A stretch of DNA of 64,000 nucleotides from Eledone cirrhosa (lineage: Eukaryota), in the NCBI GenBank assembly GCA_964016885.1, contig OZ024741.1:233988001-234052000 (forward strand), written 5' to 3'. The translations under genes and the position numbers were made by a program. The notes beneath the pieces were generated by a model. The model was not told the origin of the DNA and did not search any database. It saw nothing but the letters and a program-made list of their open reading frames with translations. Within the stretch, counting starts at the first letter, position 1, and each line of letters begins with the position of its first letter. Positions 27,155 through 39,576 of this stretch are shown piece by piece.

Positions 27155-28258
27155 TCTCTTTTAGTCTTTTACCTGTCCCAGCCATCCGGCTGAGGCCATG
27201 CTGGGGCACTGCCCTTGTTGCTACACATTTTATCTCCAGCCTGTATTGGTTGGCCACTGGTGCAAGAGGGAGTTTGTTGCTGCTGCCCTTAGGTTTCCTT
27301 CGTGCCTTGCTGTGGGCTCATCCGGGATCCTGGATAGCAAGGTGTTGAGATGTTTCTTGAAAACATCCACGTCCACACGATGCAGATCTCTCAGATTCCT
27401 CGGCAGCTTGTTGAAGAGTTGAGGGCCCTTGAACCCCAAACTATTGCAATATCTGTTCCTTATTCTAGATGTGGAAGACGGGACCTTTGGCACCACACAG
27501 TGACATCCTGTTCGGGGGTTGGTTCAGCCCCCAATGCCAAAAAATGATGCTAGTCCCTCCAGGATTTTCCTCACTGCGTATCTCTCCCATCTTCGTTCCG
27601 AGGAGTAGAGGTTCAGCTCTTTTAGCCTCTCCCAGTAGCTTATCTCCTTCATCGTCGTAATCCTCTTGGTGTAGCTTCGTTGGATTGCCTCAAGCTCCGT
27701 GATTAGTTTGACACCATGGGGTGACCACAGCTGGGAGCAATAGTCCAGGCGGCTTAGGACAAATGTCCTCCATAGTGTCAACATGGTCTCTCAGTCTCTT
27801 GTCCGGAAAGTCTTCAAGATCCAGCCAGCGAGTCATCTGCACACTTCCATGATGTGTGAAGAAAAAGATGCATCGTCGCTCATGTCTATACCCAGGTCTC
27901 GTATCGATTTCGCCGCGGGAATTTCAGTCCCTCCTGATCCAGTGTAACTGTTGCAGGTTTGTATTGTAGGGCTTGAAATTTGCCAGCATTAAACTGCATG
28001 TTGTTGTCTTCCACCCATTTGTATATGGCATCCAGATCTTGTAAAATGGCAGCGTCAGCCAGGTTTTTGATTGCCTGTGCTACCTTAGTGTCATCAGCAT
28101 AGCTAGTGAGGGATGTTGTATGTACTACAGAGGGCATGTCTGAGAGAGCCACCAAAAACAGTAGTGGTCCCAGGTCTGTGCCTGGGGGCACCCCACTTGT
28201 TATTGATGTTTCCTTTGAGAGGGCCCCGTTTGCTGTAACTGTCTGGCTTCTGTCCTTT
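27155..28258 (-). mobile_element. CR1-group LINE 3' fragment (RT)
   Basis: SGVPPGTDLGPLLFLV, SYADDTK, NMQFNAGKF, LDYCSQLWSP and GPQLFNKLP. Confidence 0.85.
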
Positions 28259-28304
28259 ATATATATATGTGTGTGTATATATATATATGTGTATATATAT
28301 ATAT

Positions 28305-29757
28305 ATACTATAAAGCTGACGGCCGTATGTAGGTAACAAACTTTCCGCCAAGCGGCTGAACCAAACAGAACCAAATTTGCACCATAGATGTAACTTTTTC
28401 CAACTAAAAAATTAAGGGTATTTTCGTCTACTGAATTTTGTTAACAGATTAAAGACATTATTTAAATATTCACTTCTTTAAAATTTTCAAATGTCAACAC
28501 TTCCGGTTATACAACATTCCTAACGTCTTCACAACCAAAGTATTATCTTCCTGTTTTCTTTCAGTTGCAACATTTTTCGAAATATTTACTTCTGCGTTCA
28601 CAGATTGATTTTTTTAGTTTCAGAAGATACCGTTAAGGGTGAAAGCAGCGATTCTTTGCTTAAGCTTTAATCTGTTATTTTAATATATATATATATAATT
28701 ATATATTCGTGTACAGATATTTTTGCATACACAAAAACAAAATATAAACAAACGTATTTATTTCACGAAAGCACAGACAGCTTATCGTCATTGTTACTGC
28801 CGATATGCCACCCAAAAAGTCCTAGCCTGGCTGCAAGATCAGATTTTCCAGAAGAAAAAAATGTTACTAGAGCAACAGAGAGACTAAGCTTCGCGATTAC
28901 CATCAACAAAGCTCAGGGTCAAACCCTAAAAGTGGCTGGCCTTCATCTGGGAAAACCATGGTCAATTGTATGCAGGATGCTCTAGGGTGAGCTTGCCAAA
29001 CAATCTCTTCATCTTTGCTCCCGAGGGCCGAACAAAAAATATTGTATACTCTGAGCCTCTAACAATGTAATTTATGTATTTTCTGTTACTTTGAATTTCC
29101 ATTATGGTTGTACAAATTTTTGTAAAGTTTGTTAAAAAATTTGTTCTTTGTTCAACCTTTATTGTTGTAACTATCAATTTTCTTTAACATACTGGCTGAG
29201 AAAAGAAACCTACAATGAAAGAACATCTTAAAGTTTACCCAAGCCAAACGTTGTATTTATTAACATTTCTATCTGCAGGTTCTTAGCAAGCTTACTGGCG
29301 CTTTAGTATGGTATTCAATTCTCATATCGTTTTTTATTGATATGGTGCATATATCGCAGCTATTCATATCTTTAAAACATTAGATAACGATTGCTGATGT
29401 ATATTGTACGACAGAATTAGCTGAAAAATATTTTGAATGAACAAATAAAAGAGATATAAAAGAGAGATGTTTGTTGGTTGGTTCCTTCGCGTATCACACG
29501 AAAAAAACGAAAAGTGACAATCGGAAAGTATGTACAGGATTGGGATAAGAATATATCCAGGAAAGTTTATTGATACTAATTTTATAACACCAAAAAAGAA
29601 GAAAGACATACGTATGCTAACCAACCTGACTGCTATTTCTAGCAGGTTGGGAATCAACCATAAGGGATTCTCTCTGCGAGTTCGTTGTCAGAGATGATCG
29701 CGTTTTACGGCCTATGTCTCCGATTCCAACGGTGGTTTACACACATGCACGAACACT

Positions 29758-29824
<67 letters not shown>

Positions 29825-29918
29825 TAAACAAGACAATGCATTCAATACAGACGTTTTCTCTTCTGCCGGTTTTCTCTTATCATTTGTTAACCTTGGCGAA
29901 GCTGGGTACCTCAGCTAG
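28305..29918 (+). mobile_element. Deleted/composite Helitron with Pif1 helicase C-terminal remnant (28880-29070)
   Basis: LSFAITINKAQGQTLKVAGLHL...QLY...TKNIVY. The 3' end GGCGAAGCTGGGTACCTCAGCTAG ends in CTAG. Boundaries are approximate. Confidence 0.7.
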
Positions 29919-29984
29919 TATATATATATATGTGTGTGTGTGTGTATATATGTGTGTGTGTGTGTATATGTATGTGTGTGTGTG

Positions 29985-31822
29985 TAAGACATCCTCTCTG
30001 GTGGCACGAATAAAAGCACCCAGTCCCTGCTGTAAAGTGGTGCTGCTGTTAGGAAGGGCATCCAACCAGTGTATCAATGCCAAAACAATTATGAGCACAA
30101 CAACAAATATATAGGAACAACAAAAATATGAAGACGTCGCATCTCAGAGTTGCAACGCTTAATGTTGGCGCTCTCACAGGTAGATCTGGTGAAATAGGTT
30201 GAGATGCTGGAGAGAAGGCATGTGGATGTGTGCTGCGTGCAAGAGGTGAGATGTAGAGGTGCCTCTGCAAGACTAGTCGCAGGCAAACATCTTAGCTATA
30301 AGCTTTTCTTGGTAGGTAAAGATGATGGGTTAGGGGGAGTAGGCATTTTCCTGGCTGAGAGATGGATCAATAAGACAATAGAGATAGTTCGAGTTAATAA
30401 TCGAATAATTAAGCTTAGATTAATTGTAGGCAGGAGACTACTGACAATCATCACTGCCTATGCTCCCCAAGCAGGACTAGGAAAAGAAAAGAAAGACTGC
30501 TTTTACGAGCAACTTTTACAAACAGCTGCAATGACAGAGGACGGAGACATCGTTTTGCTAGCAGGGGACTTCAGTGGTCATGTTGGACAGCTCCAGGATG
30601 GTTACACTGGGGTACATGGTGGGCACGGTTACGGCTCAAGAAATGAAGAAGGAGTGAGACAATTACAAGAGAGATTCTTAGAGAAGAATAAACCACTATA
30701 CTTAGCCTTTGTTGACCTAGAGAAGGCCTTTGATAGGGTACCCCGATCTGTCATCTGGTGGTCCCTAAGGAAACTAGGTGTTGAGGAATGACTTGTGAGG
30801 ACAGTGCAAACTTTGTACATAGGTGCTGTCAGTAAAGTCAGAGTAGGAATGGAGTTTAGTGAGGAATTCCAGATACAGGTAGGAGTACATCAAGGTTCGG
30901 CCCTCAGCCCGCTCTTGTTCATTATAGTCCTACAAGCCATAACAGAGGAGTTTAATACTGGCTGTCCATGGGAACTTCTCTATACTGACGATCTGGTTCT
31001 TATAGCAGAATCAGAGGAGCTAAAGAATAAATTCTGGCTATGGAAACAGCAGTTGGAAGCAAGAGGACTGAGAGTGAACCTAGCTAAGACAAAAGTGTTG
31101 AACAGTAGAAAAGAGGACACAACTCTGATTCCGTCAGGGAAATGGCCATGTTCGATATGCAGAAAAGGAACTGGCATAAATTCTATAAAATGCATACAAT
31201 ACAGATCCTGGGTACACAGATCCTAGGAGATCAGATTAGCATGGGAGGAGGGTGTTCTGAGGCCATAGTATCTAGAATAAGGACGGATTGGAAGAGGTTT
31301 AGGGAGTTGCTTCTTCTGCTGACGAAGAAGGGTTTCTCCCTGCGTACGAAAGGCCGGTTATATGATGCCTGTGTGAGGAGCGCGATGTTGCATGGTAGTG
31401 AGACATGGGCAGCAACTGCAGAGGATATGCGGCGGCTGGAGAGAAATGAGGCAAGCATCCTCCGTTGGATGTGCAATGTCAGTGAACAACCCAGCATGGA
31501 TGTGAGAGAGAAACTGTGTCTGAAAGGGATAGAATGTAGTGTACGAGAGAAGAGACTGCGGTGGTATGGACATGTGATGCGCATGGAGGATGACCGATGG
31601 GTGAAGGAGTGCCAGAAAATGCCAGTTGACGGAAAACGTGGTAGAGGTAAACCACGAAAAACATGAACGGAGGTGGTGAGAACAGACCTCAGATCGCTGA
31701 AGCTCGCGGTGGAGATGACGAAGGACCGTGACAAGTGGAGAGATGCTGTGCTGAATAAGACCCGTCCAGCCTTGCAAGCAGGGAAAAGCGGACGTAAAAT
31801 GATGATGATGATGATGATGATG

Positions 31823-31823
<1 letters not shown>
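29985..31823 (+). mobile_element. RTE LINE with 5' region and APE endonuclease, two internal deletions
   Basis: LRVATLNVG, CCVQEVR, GGVGI, AYAPQ and AGDFSGHVG (EN) are joined directly to VRQLQERF (RT); (GAT)n tail. Confidence 0.9.
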
Positions 31824-31896
<73 letters not shown>

Positions 31897-31909
31897 ATAT
31901 ATATATATA

Positions 31910-31941
<32 letters not shown>

Positions 31942-31943
<2 letters not shown>

Positions 31944-32121
31944 ACGAAGGAGTTGTGGTACAGGTAGACCATAATGCACAAGAGTACTCAATACTTATGG
32001 TAGTAGAGTGGGTAATAGGAGAATGTATGACCCCGACGGCAGAGCTCAAGCTGTTTCGATAGCTAGTCCAGAAATAGCCGTCGAAACGGCTTGAGCTCTG
32101 CCGTCGGGTCATAAATTTTCC
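31942..32121 (-). mobile_element. Penelope-like fragment with 3' half of a hammerhead and a fold-back
   Basis: Same family as 36017-36210 and 36234-36440; flanked by (TA)n. Confidence 0.6.
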
Positions 32122-32562
32122 TATATATATATATTTCTTTAGGTTTTTTGGTTCACCACTGGATAGAACTGGTCATTCTTATACATATATGTGTGTATAT
32201 ATATATGTGTGTGTGTGTATATATATATATATGTGTGTGTGTGTGTGCATATATATATATATGTGTGTGTATATATATATATGTGTGTGTGTGTATATAT
32301 ATGTGTGTATATATATATATATAACCAAAGATTAGTATGGTTCGTTGATTACTCAACGAATACAATTTTACAATAGATTAGAAGCACTCAACAAGAAGGT
32401 TTTCTGGAGTTTTTAATATTATTCAAAATGTTAACAAATGAAAAATATTCGCATAATCAAAATATATATTTTATTATATATATTTCAAATATGACATACC
32501 GCTACGGTCTTGATTATGGAATTGAATAATCAAGACCGTAGCGGTATGTCATATATCAAATC

Positions 32563-32634
32563 ATATATTTTGTCTGATGAGGACGTACTGAAAAAACAAC
32601 ACAGTACCTTTGAAATATATATAATAAAATATAT
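32563..32634 (+). ncRNA. Type I minimal hammerhead ribozyme
   Basis: ATATATTTTGT-CTGATGA-GGACGTACTG/CAGTACCTTT-GAAA-TATATA-TA-ATAAAATATAT. Stem I pairs and stem III is palindromic. Confidence 0.75.
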
Positions 32635-32743
32635 ATTTTGATTATGCGAATATTTTTCATTTGTTAACATTTTGAATAATATATATATATATGTGTATGT
32701 ATATATATATATATATGTGTGTGTGTATATATATATCTGTGTG

Positions 32744-32774
<31 letters not shown>

Positions 32775-32903
32775 AGATATATGTGTATATATATATATAT
32801 ATGTCTGTATGTATATATATATATAGACACACACACACACATATATATATATATAGACATATATATATATATGTATATCTATATATATGTGTGTATATAT
32901 ATA

Positions 32904-32982
<79 letters not shown>

Positions 32983-33078
32983 CTGTATATATACATATAT
33001 ACATATACATATATATAAGAAGTTGACAGCAGACCCGGCGTATTTAACAATGCCAGGACCGGTTGTATTTCAGCGTAC

Positions 33079-33154
<76 letters not shown>

Positions 33155-33162
<8 letters not shown>

Positions 33163-34308
33163 GAAAAAGTGAAGAATAACATGGTCAACAGTACAAAAAT
33201 GGGGATTTATTTACAGTCTAACAATTGTTTCTCTGATTAAGTTGTCTAAAAATTGCTGAACACTAGAAGCAGTGCCACTCAATTTCAAATACGATGTTAG
33301 CTCAATCAGATCACCAGAAACTGTTACAAAAAATATATATAACCGGCAAATTTACAAATTCAAATTACATCATCAATAATAATATTACTAATAAAGATAG
33401 AGAGAGAAAAAAAGAAAGAAAGGGAGATAGATAAAAGAGAGAAAGAAAGAAAAAGAAAAAGAGAAAGAAGAAGAAAAAGGAGAAATGAATACAGAGAAAA
33501 ATATAGAGAGAAGAAAATATATGCATAAATGATGATAGAAAGAGGAGGGACGTGCATAAGGAGAAACAACGTAGGAGAGAAAGAGCAATAGAGGGGAAAT
33601 AATGATATCAACAATAAATGAATAAACGTTAATACATGAATAAATGTAAATAAAAATAAAAATAAAAAAATAAATAAATAAATTACATCTAATATGATAC
33701 AAAATGGTACAAAATATGAAAATAAATAAGTAAAAAAGTAAAAATGTGTGAAGAAAATTTAAACATATTAAGATTATTGAAAGTGGTTTTTGAGAGTGGC
33801 TAAAATATAGAGAGATACGAAGGTGTAAATATGATAATGTTAAATATATTTATGTGTGTATTGGTTATTTCAATAAATAAATTAATTAATTAATTGTAAG
33901 TTATATTATATGATAAAATAAAATGCCAGAGATTAAATAAATTTAGGGAGAGAAATATTGAGATAGAGATAGAGAGGGAAAGATAGAGATATATAAAATA
34001 AGAATGTAAATATAAGAGGTTTTGATGTTGTTCATTGATAGATGATGACAATTATAATAATAGTGATGATGATGATGATGATGATAATGATATTATAATA
34101 GATCCAAGTGGTACAATTTGGGTTATAGGATGGATAAGATGAAATTAAGCTGGTCTAAAGTTCTGGAATTTGGTCGCCGTTTTATGTCGACAGAAAATAG
34201 TCTAAAATAAATTTTTAGACAACTTAATCAGAGAAACAATTGTTAGACTGTAAATAAATCCCCTTTTCTGTACTGTTGACCATGTTATTCTTCACTTTTT
34301 CAATTTTA
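33155..34308 (-). mobile_element. Penelope-like 3' region with inverted partial terminal repeat (33155-33251 / 34212-34308)
   Basis: ~97-bp inverted arms and a hammerhead. The minus strand near 34150-34200 reads IFCRHKTATKF, like PLE ORF C-termini. Confidence 0.55.
33213..33324 (-). ncRNA. Type I hammerhead ribozyme with core variant CTGGTGA
   Basis: ACAGTTT-CTGGTGA-TCTGATTGAG...CTTAATCAGA-GAAA-CAATTG-TT-AGACTGT. Confidence 0.7.
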
Positions 34309-34468
34309 TTACTCCAAGATAAACTTACATAGGAATACAAGTGAAATCATAAACTCGTCATCTACGTAAACCTCTTGTTGAGTCAAACAACGCCGTACGC
34401 TAAAACTATCTATAATAAGAAGTATTCACAACCTCTAACTGGATTACCTATAACGATATTTTGTTATC

Positions 34469-34526
<58 letters not shown>

Positions 34527-34619
34527 AAGGTATATATTGAGTTAGAAACTCAAAATAGTCTCTTATAATAAAATAGCTCTAGGAAAGAGATTTTTTTCCG
34601 AGCCGTATATTATAACTGA

Positions 34620-35210
34620 ATATAAAAGAAAAAAGAACACAGACATATACATATATGTGTTCAAATCGTAAGGGACCAGATTCGCTAATGTGAAAAGAAT
34701 ACTAACTATAGACAATAGGGTTTTCCAGACTCAATTTAAGAATAAATCAAGAAAGTAAATACAAACCGGAATTGTGGTAACTACCAATCACTCGGACAGC
34801 TTTGATAATGCTGTTTCGCAAAATTAATTGTGAAGAGGAATACCGATTCTTGCTCATCAGCGGGTGAAGAATTATTAGTATCCTGGTCACGTCTAAGTAT
34901 ATTAAAAAACTGAATAGTGTGCGTATATATAATAACGCACATGGTATCTGAACTTCACGTGTCTCACAAACTCACGCCACTAAAAATAGCAGCCCGGTTT
35001 ACTCGACATTTGAATTAGCTCAACAAATTAACGGAGCCAAATGTATCAAAGGTATATATTAGGTTTGTATTTACTTTCTTGATTTATTCTTAAATTGAGT
35101 CTGGCAAACCCTATTGTCTATAGTTAGTATTCTTTTCACCTTAGCGAATCTGGTCCCTTACGATTTGAACACATATATGTATATGTCTGTGTTCGTTTTT
35201 CTTTTATATA
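34620..35210 (-). mobile_element. Penelope-like fragment with inverted partial terminal repeat (34620-34765 / 35063-35210)
   Basis: ~145-bp inverted arms around a hammerhead-containing spacer. Confidence 0.6.
34788..34867 (-). ncRNA. Type I hammerhead ribozyme with true stem III and GUC cleavage triplet
   Basis: TCACCCG-CTGATGA-GCAAGA...TTTTGC-GAAA-CAGC(ATTATCAAA)GCTG-TC-CGAGTGA. Confidence 0.8.
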
Positions 35211-35869
35211 TATATATATTTGTATTTTAACTCCTAAAATTAACGATTAACTGATTAATTTAATTATATGATTCTATTGATTAATTAATTGTTTATGTTT
35301 GTTTGATAACTTCTGGTTGAGTGCTTAATTCGGTTTGTCTAAAGGAATTTCATTCCCTTGTCTCAAATTTGAATTCACCGCCAAAGCGGGGTTTACCTTC
35401 CTTGGAGAAAACCACGTGTCTATAGCGAAATTCACTGCTAGAACATACCCGCAGAGGCTAAAGAACACAAGACTTGCTGAAGAAGTAAATCTTTGTTCTG
35501 TCGCCAAAAACCATCAACTTGCAAACCCCTGCAAGCGGAATTGTCGATCTTGAGTTTGCAGAAACCTAGCGCTGATGTTGTGTGCTGTATGTGATGTATA
35601 TCGTGTGCTATACGATATGCATTATATATTGCATTTGGTCCCAGCGTTCTGTCCAGGTCAGTTTAAAATCTTTTCCTGAGTCCTGTATTTTCGTTGCTGT
35701 GGTAATGCGGCTGGACTGCCGATCGCTATATTTGATTTGCTAAGCTGTCTAAGCGTATTGTTATTACTCTGGGGGTACTATTCCCATTCGAGTGGTAAAG
35801 CTACATACCGAATTTGCATTCGTTAGCTTGGCCGCAAACTAAAGCTTCGTTAATGTTGTACTAAAATTC

Positions 35870-35903
<34 letters not shown>

Positions 35904-35914
35904 ATATATATATA

Positions 35915-35945
<31 letters not shown>

Positions 35946-36016
35946 GTGTGTGTATATATATACGTGTGTGTATATATACGTGTGTATATATATGTGTGTG
36001 TGTGTGTGTCTATATA

Positions 36017-36436
36017 TAACGAAGGAATTGTTGTAAGGAACCAGATTGACTATAATGCACCAGAGTACTCAATACTTAGGGTAGTAGAGTGGGTAATAGG
36101 AAAAAGTATGACCCCGACGGCAGAGCTCAAGCCATTTCGACGGCTATTTCAGTCCAGAAATAGCCGTCGAAACGAGTTGAGCTCTGCCGTCGGGGTCATA
36201 CTTTTTCCTATATATATATATATATATATATATATAACGAAGGAAATGTGGTAAGGAACCAGGTGGACCATAACGCACCAAAGTACTCAATATTTAGGGT
36301 AGTAGAGTGGGTAATAGGAACAAGTAAGACCCCGACGGCTGAGCTCAAGCCGTTTCGACGGCTAATTCTGTACTGAATTCAGTACAGAATTAGCCGTCGA
36401 AACGGCTTGAGCTCAGCCGTCGGGGTCTTACTTGTT

Positions 36437-36440
<4 letters not shown>
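36017..36440 (-). mobile_element. Two tandem Penelope-like fragments, each ending in a palindrome built on a hammerhead 3' half
   Basis: 36017-36210 and 36234-36440. The second is a perfect palindrome centred on GAATTC (~36375-36380). Confidence 0.65.
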
Positions 36441-36494
<54 letters not shown>

Positions 36495-36497
<3 letters not shown>

Positions 36498-36790
36498 CTT
36501 TTGACAACGGCTGACGATATACACGTAGGTAAATATATTCCTTATTTGATATTTTGTAACTAACCTTACATAGATCGATAACGAAATATGCGTACGATGT
36601 ATTATTATCACCTAGAAACGATCGTAAAGCAGTGAAGTATATTCCTAATGAATTGAATTTTTATTTCATTGTTTTAACTTATATTATGACTCTGTTTTCT
36701 TTTTGATGTTTTATGTTTTCCGGGATTTATTTTAACCTACAATATTTTCAACATATGGATTGCATTGAGTTCTTCATGCAGACTAGACCC
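36495..36790 (+). mobile_element. Penelope-like fragment with degenerate hammerhead
   Basis: ATTGCTT...TAGGT...ACCTA-GAAA-CGATCG-TA-AAGCAGT. A related fragment lies at 51441-51600. Confidence 0.4.
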
Positions 36791-36810
36791 CACAACTAAC
36801 CGTGGATATT

Positions 36811-37207
<397 letters not shown>

Positions 37208-37259
37208 CATTTTTAAATCCATGTCAGTAGAATGGGCCCTTCATCCTTGCTCTTAAACA

Positions 37260-37309
37260 GAGCTGCAGACACTAATGTTTCTGGGTATCACCCTTCATCA
37301 GTACAGCTC
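37260..37309 (-). ncRNA. Type I minimal hammerhead ribozyme
   Basis: GAGCTGTA-CTGATGA-AGGGT(GAT)ACCCA-GAAA-CATTAGTG-TC-TGCAGCTC. Confidence 0.75.
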
Positions 37310-37404
37310 ACTGTTCAGCTACCAACTGTCATTCATATATATATATATATGTGTGTGTGTGTATATATATATATGAAACAGTTCTAGTCCTGTAGAATCT
37401 CATC

Positions 37405-37573
<169 letters not shown>

Positions 37574-37650
37574 ATATATATATATGTGTATATATATATA
37601 TATGTGTATATATATATATATATGTGTCTATATATGTGTGTGTGTATAGT

Positions 37651-37866
37651 GAAGGCGTGTGGCTGAGTGGTTAGAGAATTGGATTCACAATCTTGAGGTT
37701 GTGAGTTCGATCCCTGGACCGGGTGATGCGTTATGTCCTTGAGCAAGACACTTTATTTCACGTTGCACCTTCTACCTGGAGTTGCGACCGATAGATAGCA
37801 ACTGGAAAGACCGACGAAAACCTTGTTTCCTCCGTCCGATTTGACGAAAGTCGATCGATCCTTAAA
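37651..37866 (+). mobile_element. tRNA-derived CORE-like SINE with a different 3' region
   Basis: TGGCTGAGTGG A box, GAGTTCGATCC B box and GTCCTTGAGCAAGACACTT. Confidence 0.75.
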
Positions 37867-37942
37867 TATGTGTATATATATGTGTGTGTGTATGTGTGCA
37901 TATATATGTGTATGTGTGTGTGTGTATATATATATATATATG

Positions 37943-37980
<38 letters not shown>

Positions 37981-38009
37981 AGATATACAACTCTGTGTGT
38001 ATATATATA

Positions 38010-38063
<54 letters not shown>

Positions 38064-38460
38064 AGTTTATTAATTATACTAGCAGAAAAACCACCCTTCG
38101 GGTGTAGTGTGTATATTGATATTATACGCAAGTATAGATACATGTAGATATGATACATCAAATAAAATCGTAATTGACAATACACACAGAAATTGAACGA
38201 AGTCTGTGTTACACTGTCTTATGTAATCAGTAACGTAATCCATGATACATTAAAAAAAGACAATATTATATATAAACTGCATTAGGAGAAAATTAGTGAC
38301 AGAAATATATGTATGTTTATTTAAACGATCGCTAACCGGAAGTGTTGACGTATTAAAATGTTAAAGAAGTGAATCTTTAAATAAGTAATAAAATATATTT
38401 AATGAACAGTTACGAAATTTAGTAGATAAATTATGTAATATTCATTCATTATTTATTCAA

Positions 38461-38646
38461 TGGGCGGTGGATTGGCAGTATCGGTAGAGGGTCGGACGCC
38501 ATGCTTTCCAGCATAGTTACGTCCCTTTGCGGTCTGAGTTCAAATCCCGCCGAGGTTAACTTTGCCTTTCATCCTTACGAGGTCGATAAAATAAAGTACC
38601 AGTAATGTACTGGGTAATTGATGGCCTTGTGCCAAAAGTAGAAACA
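38461..38646 (+). mobile_element. SINE family B with 13-bp TSD, inside a Helitron remnant
   Basis: TSD ATTATTTATTCAA at 38448-38460 and 38647-38659. Confidence 0.85.
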
Positions 38647-38907
38647 ATTATTTATTCAAAGTAATCCAACTTATTTTACTAAGGGAATAAAAAATTATAA
38701 ACCGTACGCAGTCCCGCGGTTCTTACTTTATTATAGTTTAGATATATATATATAAATATGTGTGTGTGTGTATATATATGTGTGTATATATATATAAACT
38801 GGATCTACCAACTCATAATATTATAACATTAAATCAAAAATGTTTTAACACTACAAGTAAAGTCATTCTTTTCCTTTTTTTCAAATATATATGTATATAT
38901 ATATATA

Positions 38908-39008
<101 letters not shown>

Positions 39009-39064
39009 ATGTATATATATACATGTGTGTGTGTATGTATATATATGTGTGTGTATATATATAT

Positions 39065-39575
39065 ATAGTATTACTGTTGAAAATATATAGTACAGTATTA
39101 CTGTTAAAAATATATAGTATAGTATTACTGTTGAGAATATGTAGTACAGTATTACTGTTGAAAATATGTAGTATAGTATTACTATTGAACATTTATAGTA
39201 CAGTATTACTGTTGAAAATATATAGTATAATATAGTATTACCGTTGAAAATATATAGTATAGTATAGTATTACTGTTGAAAATATATAGTACGGTATTGT
39301 ATTACTGTTGAAAATATATAGTATAGTATTACTGTTGAAAATATATAGTACAGTATTACTGTAGAAAACATATAGTATAGTATTACTGTTGAAAATATAT
39401 AGTATAGTATGACTGTTGAATACATATAGTATAGTATTATTGTTGGAAATATATAGTATAGTATTACTGTAGAAAACATATAGTATAGTATTATTGTTGG
39501 AAATATATAGTATAGTTTAGTATGACTGTTGAATACATATAATATAGTATAGTATTACTGTTGATAATATATAGT
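39065..39575. repeat. ~29-bp minisatellite (TATAGTATTACTGTTGAAAATATATAGTA)
   Basis: About 17 units visible by inspection. Confidence 0.9.
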
Positions 39576-39576
39576 A

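Noticed and set aside
35320-35870. Higher-complexity island as a host exon or PLE ORF
   Set aside because: No recognisable protein motif in the frames checked, and several stops.
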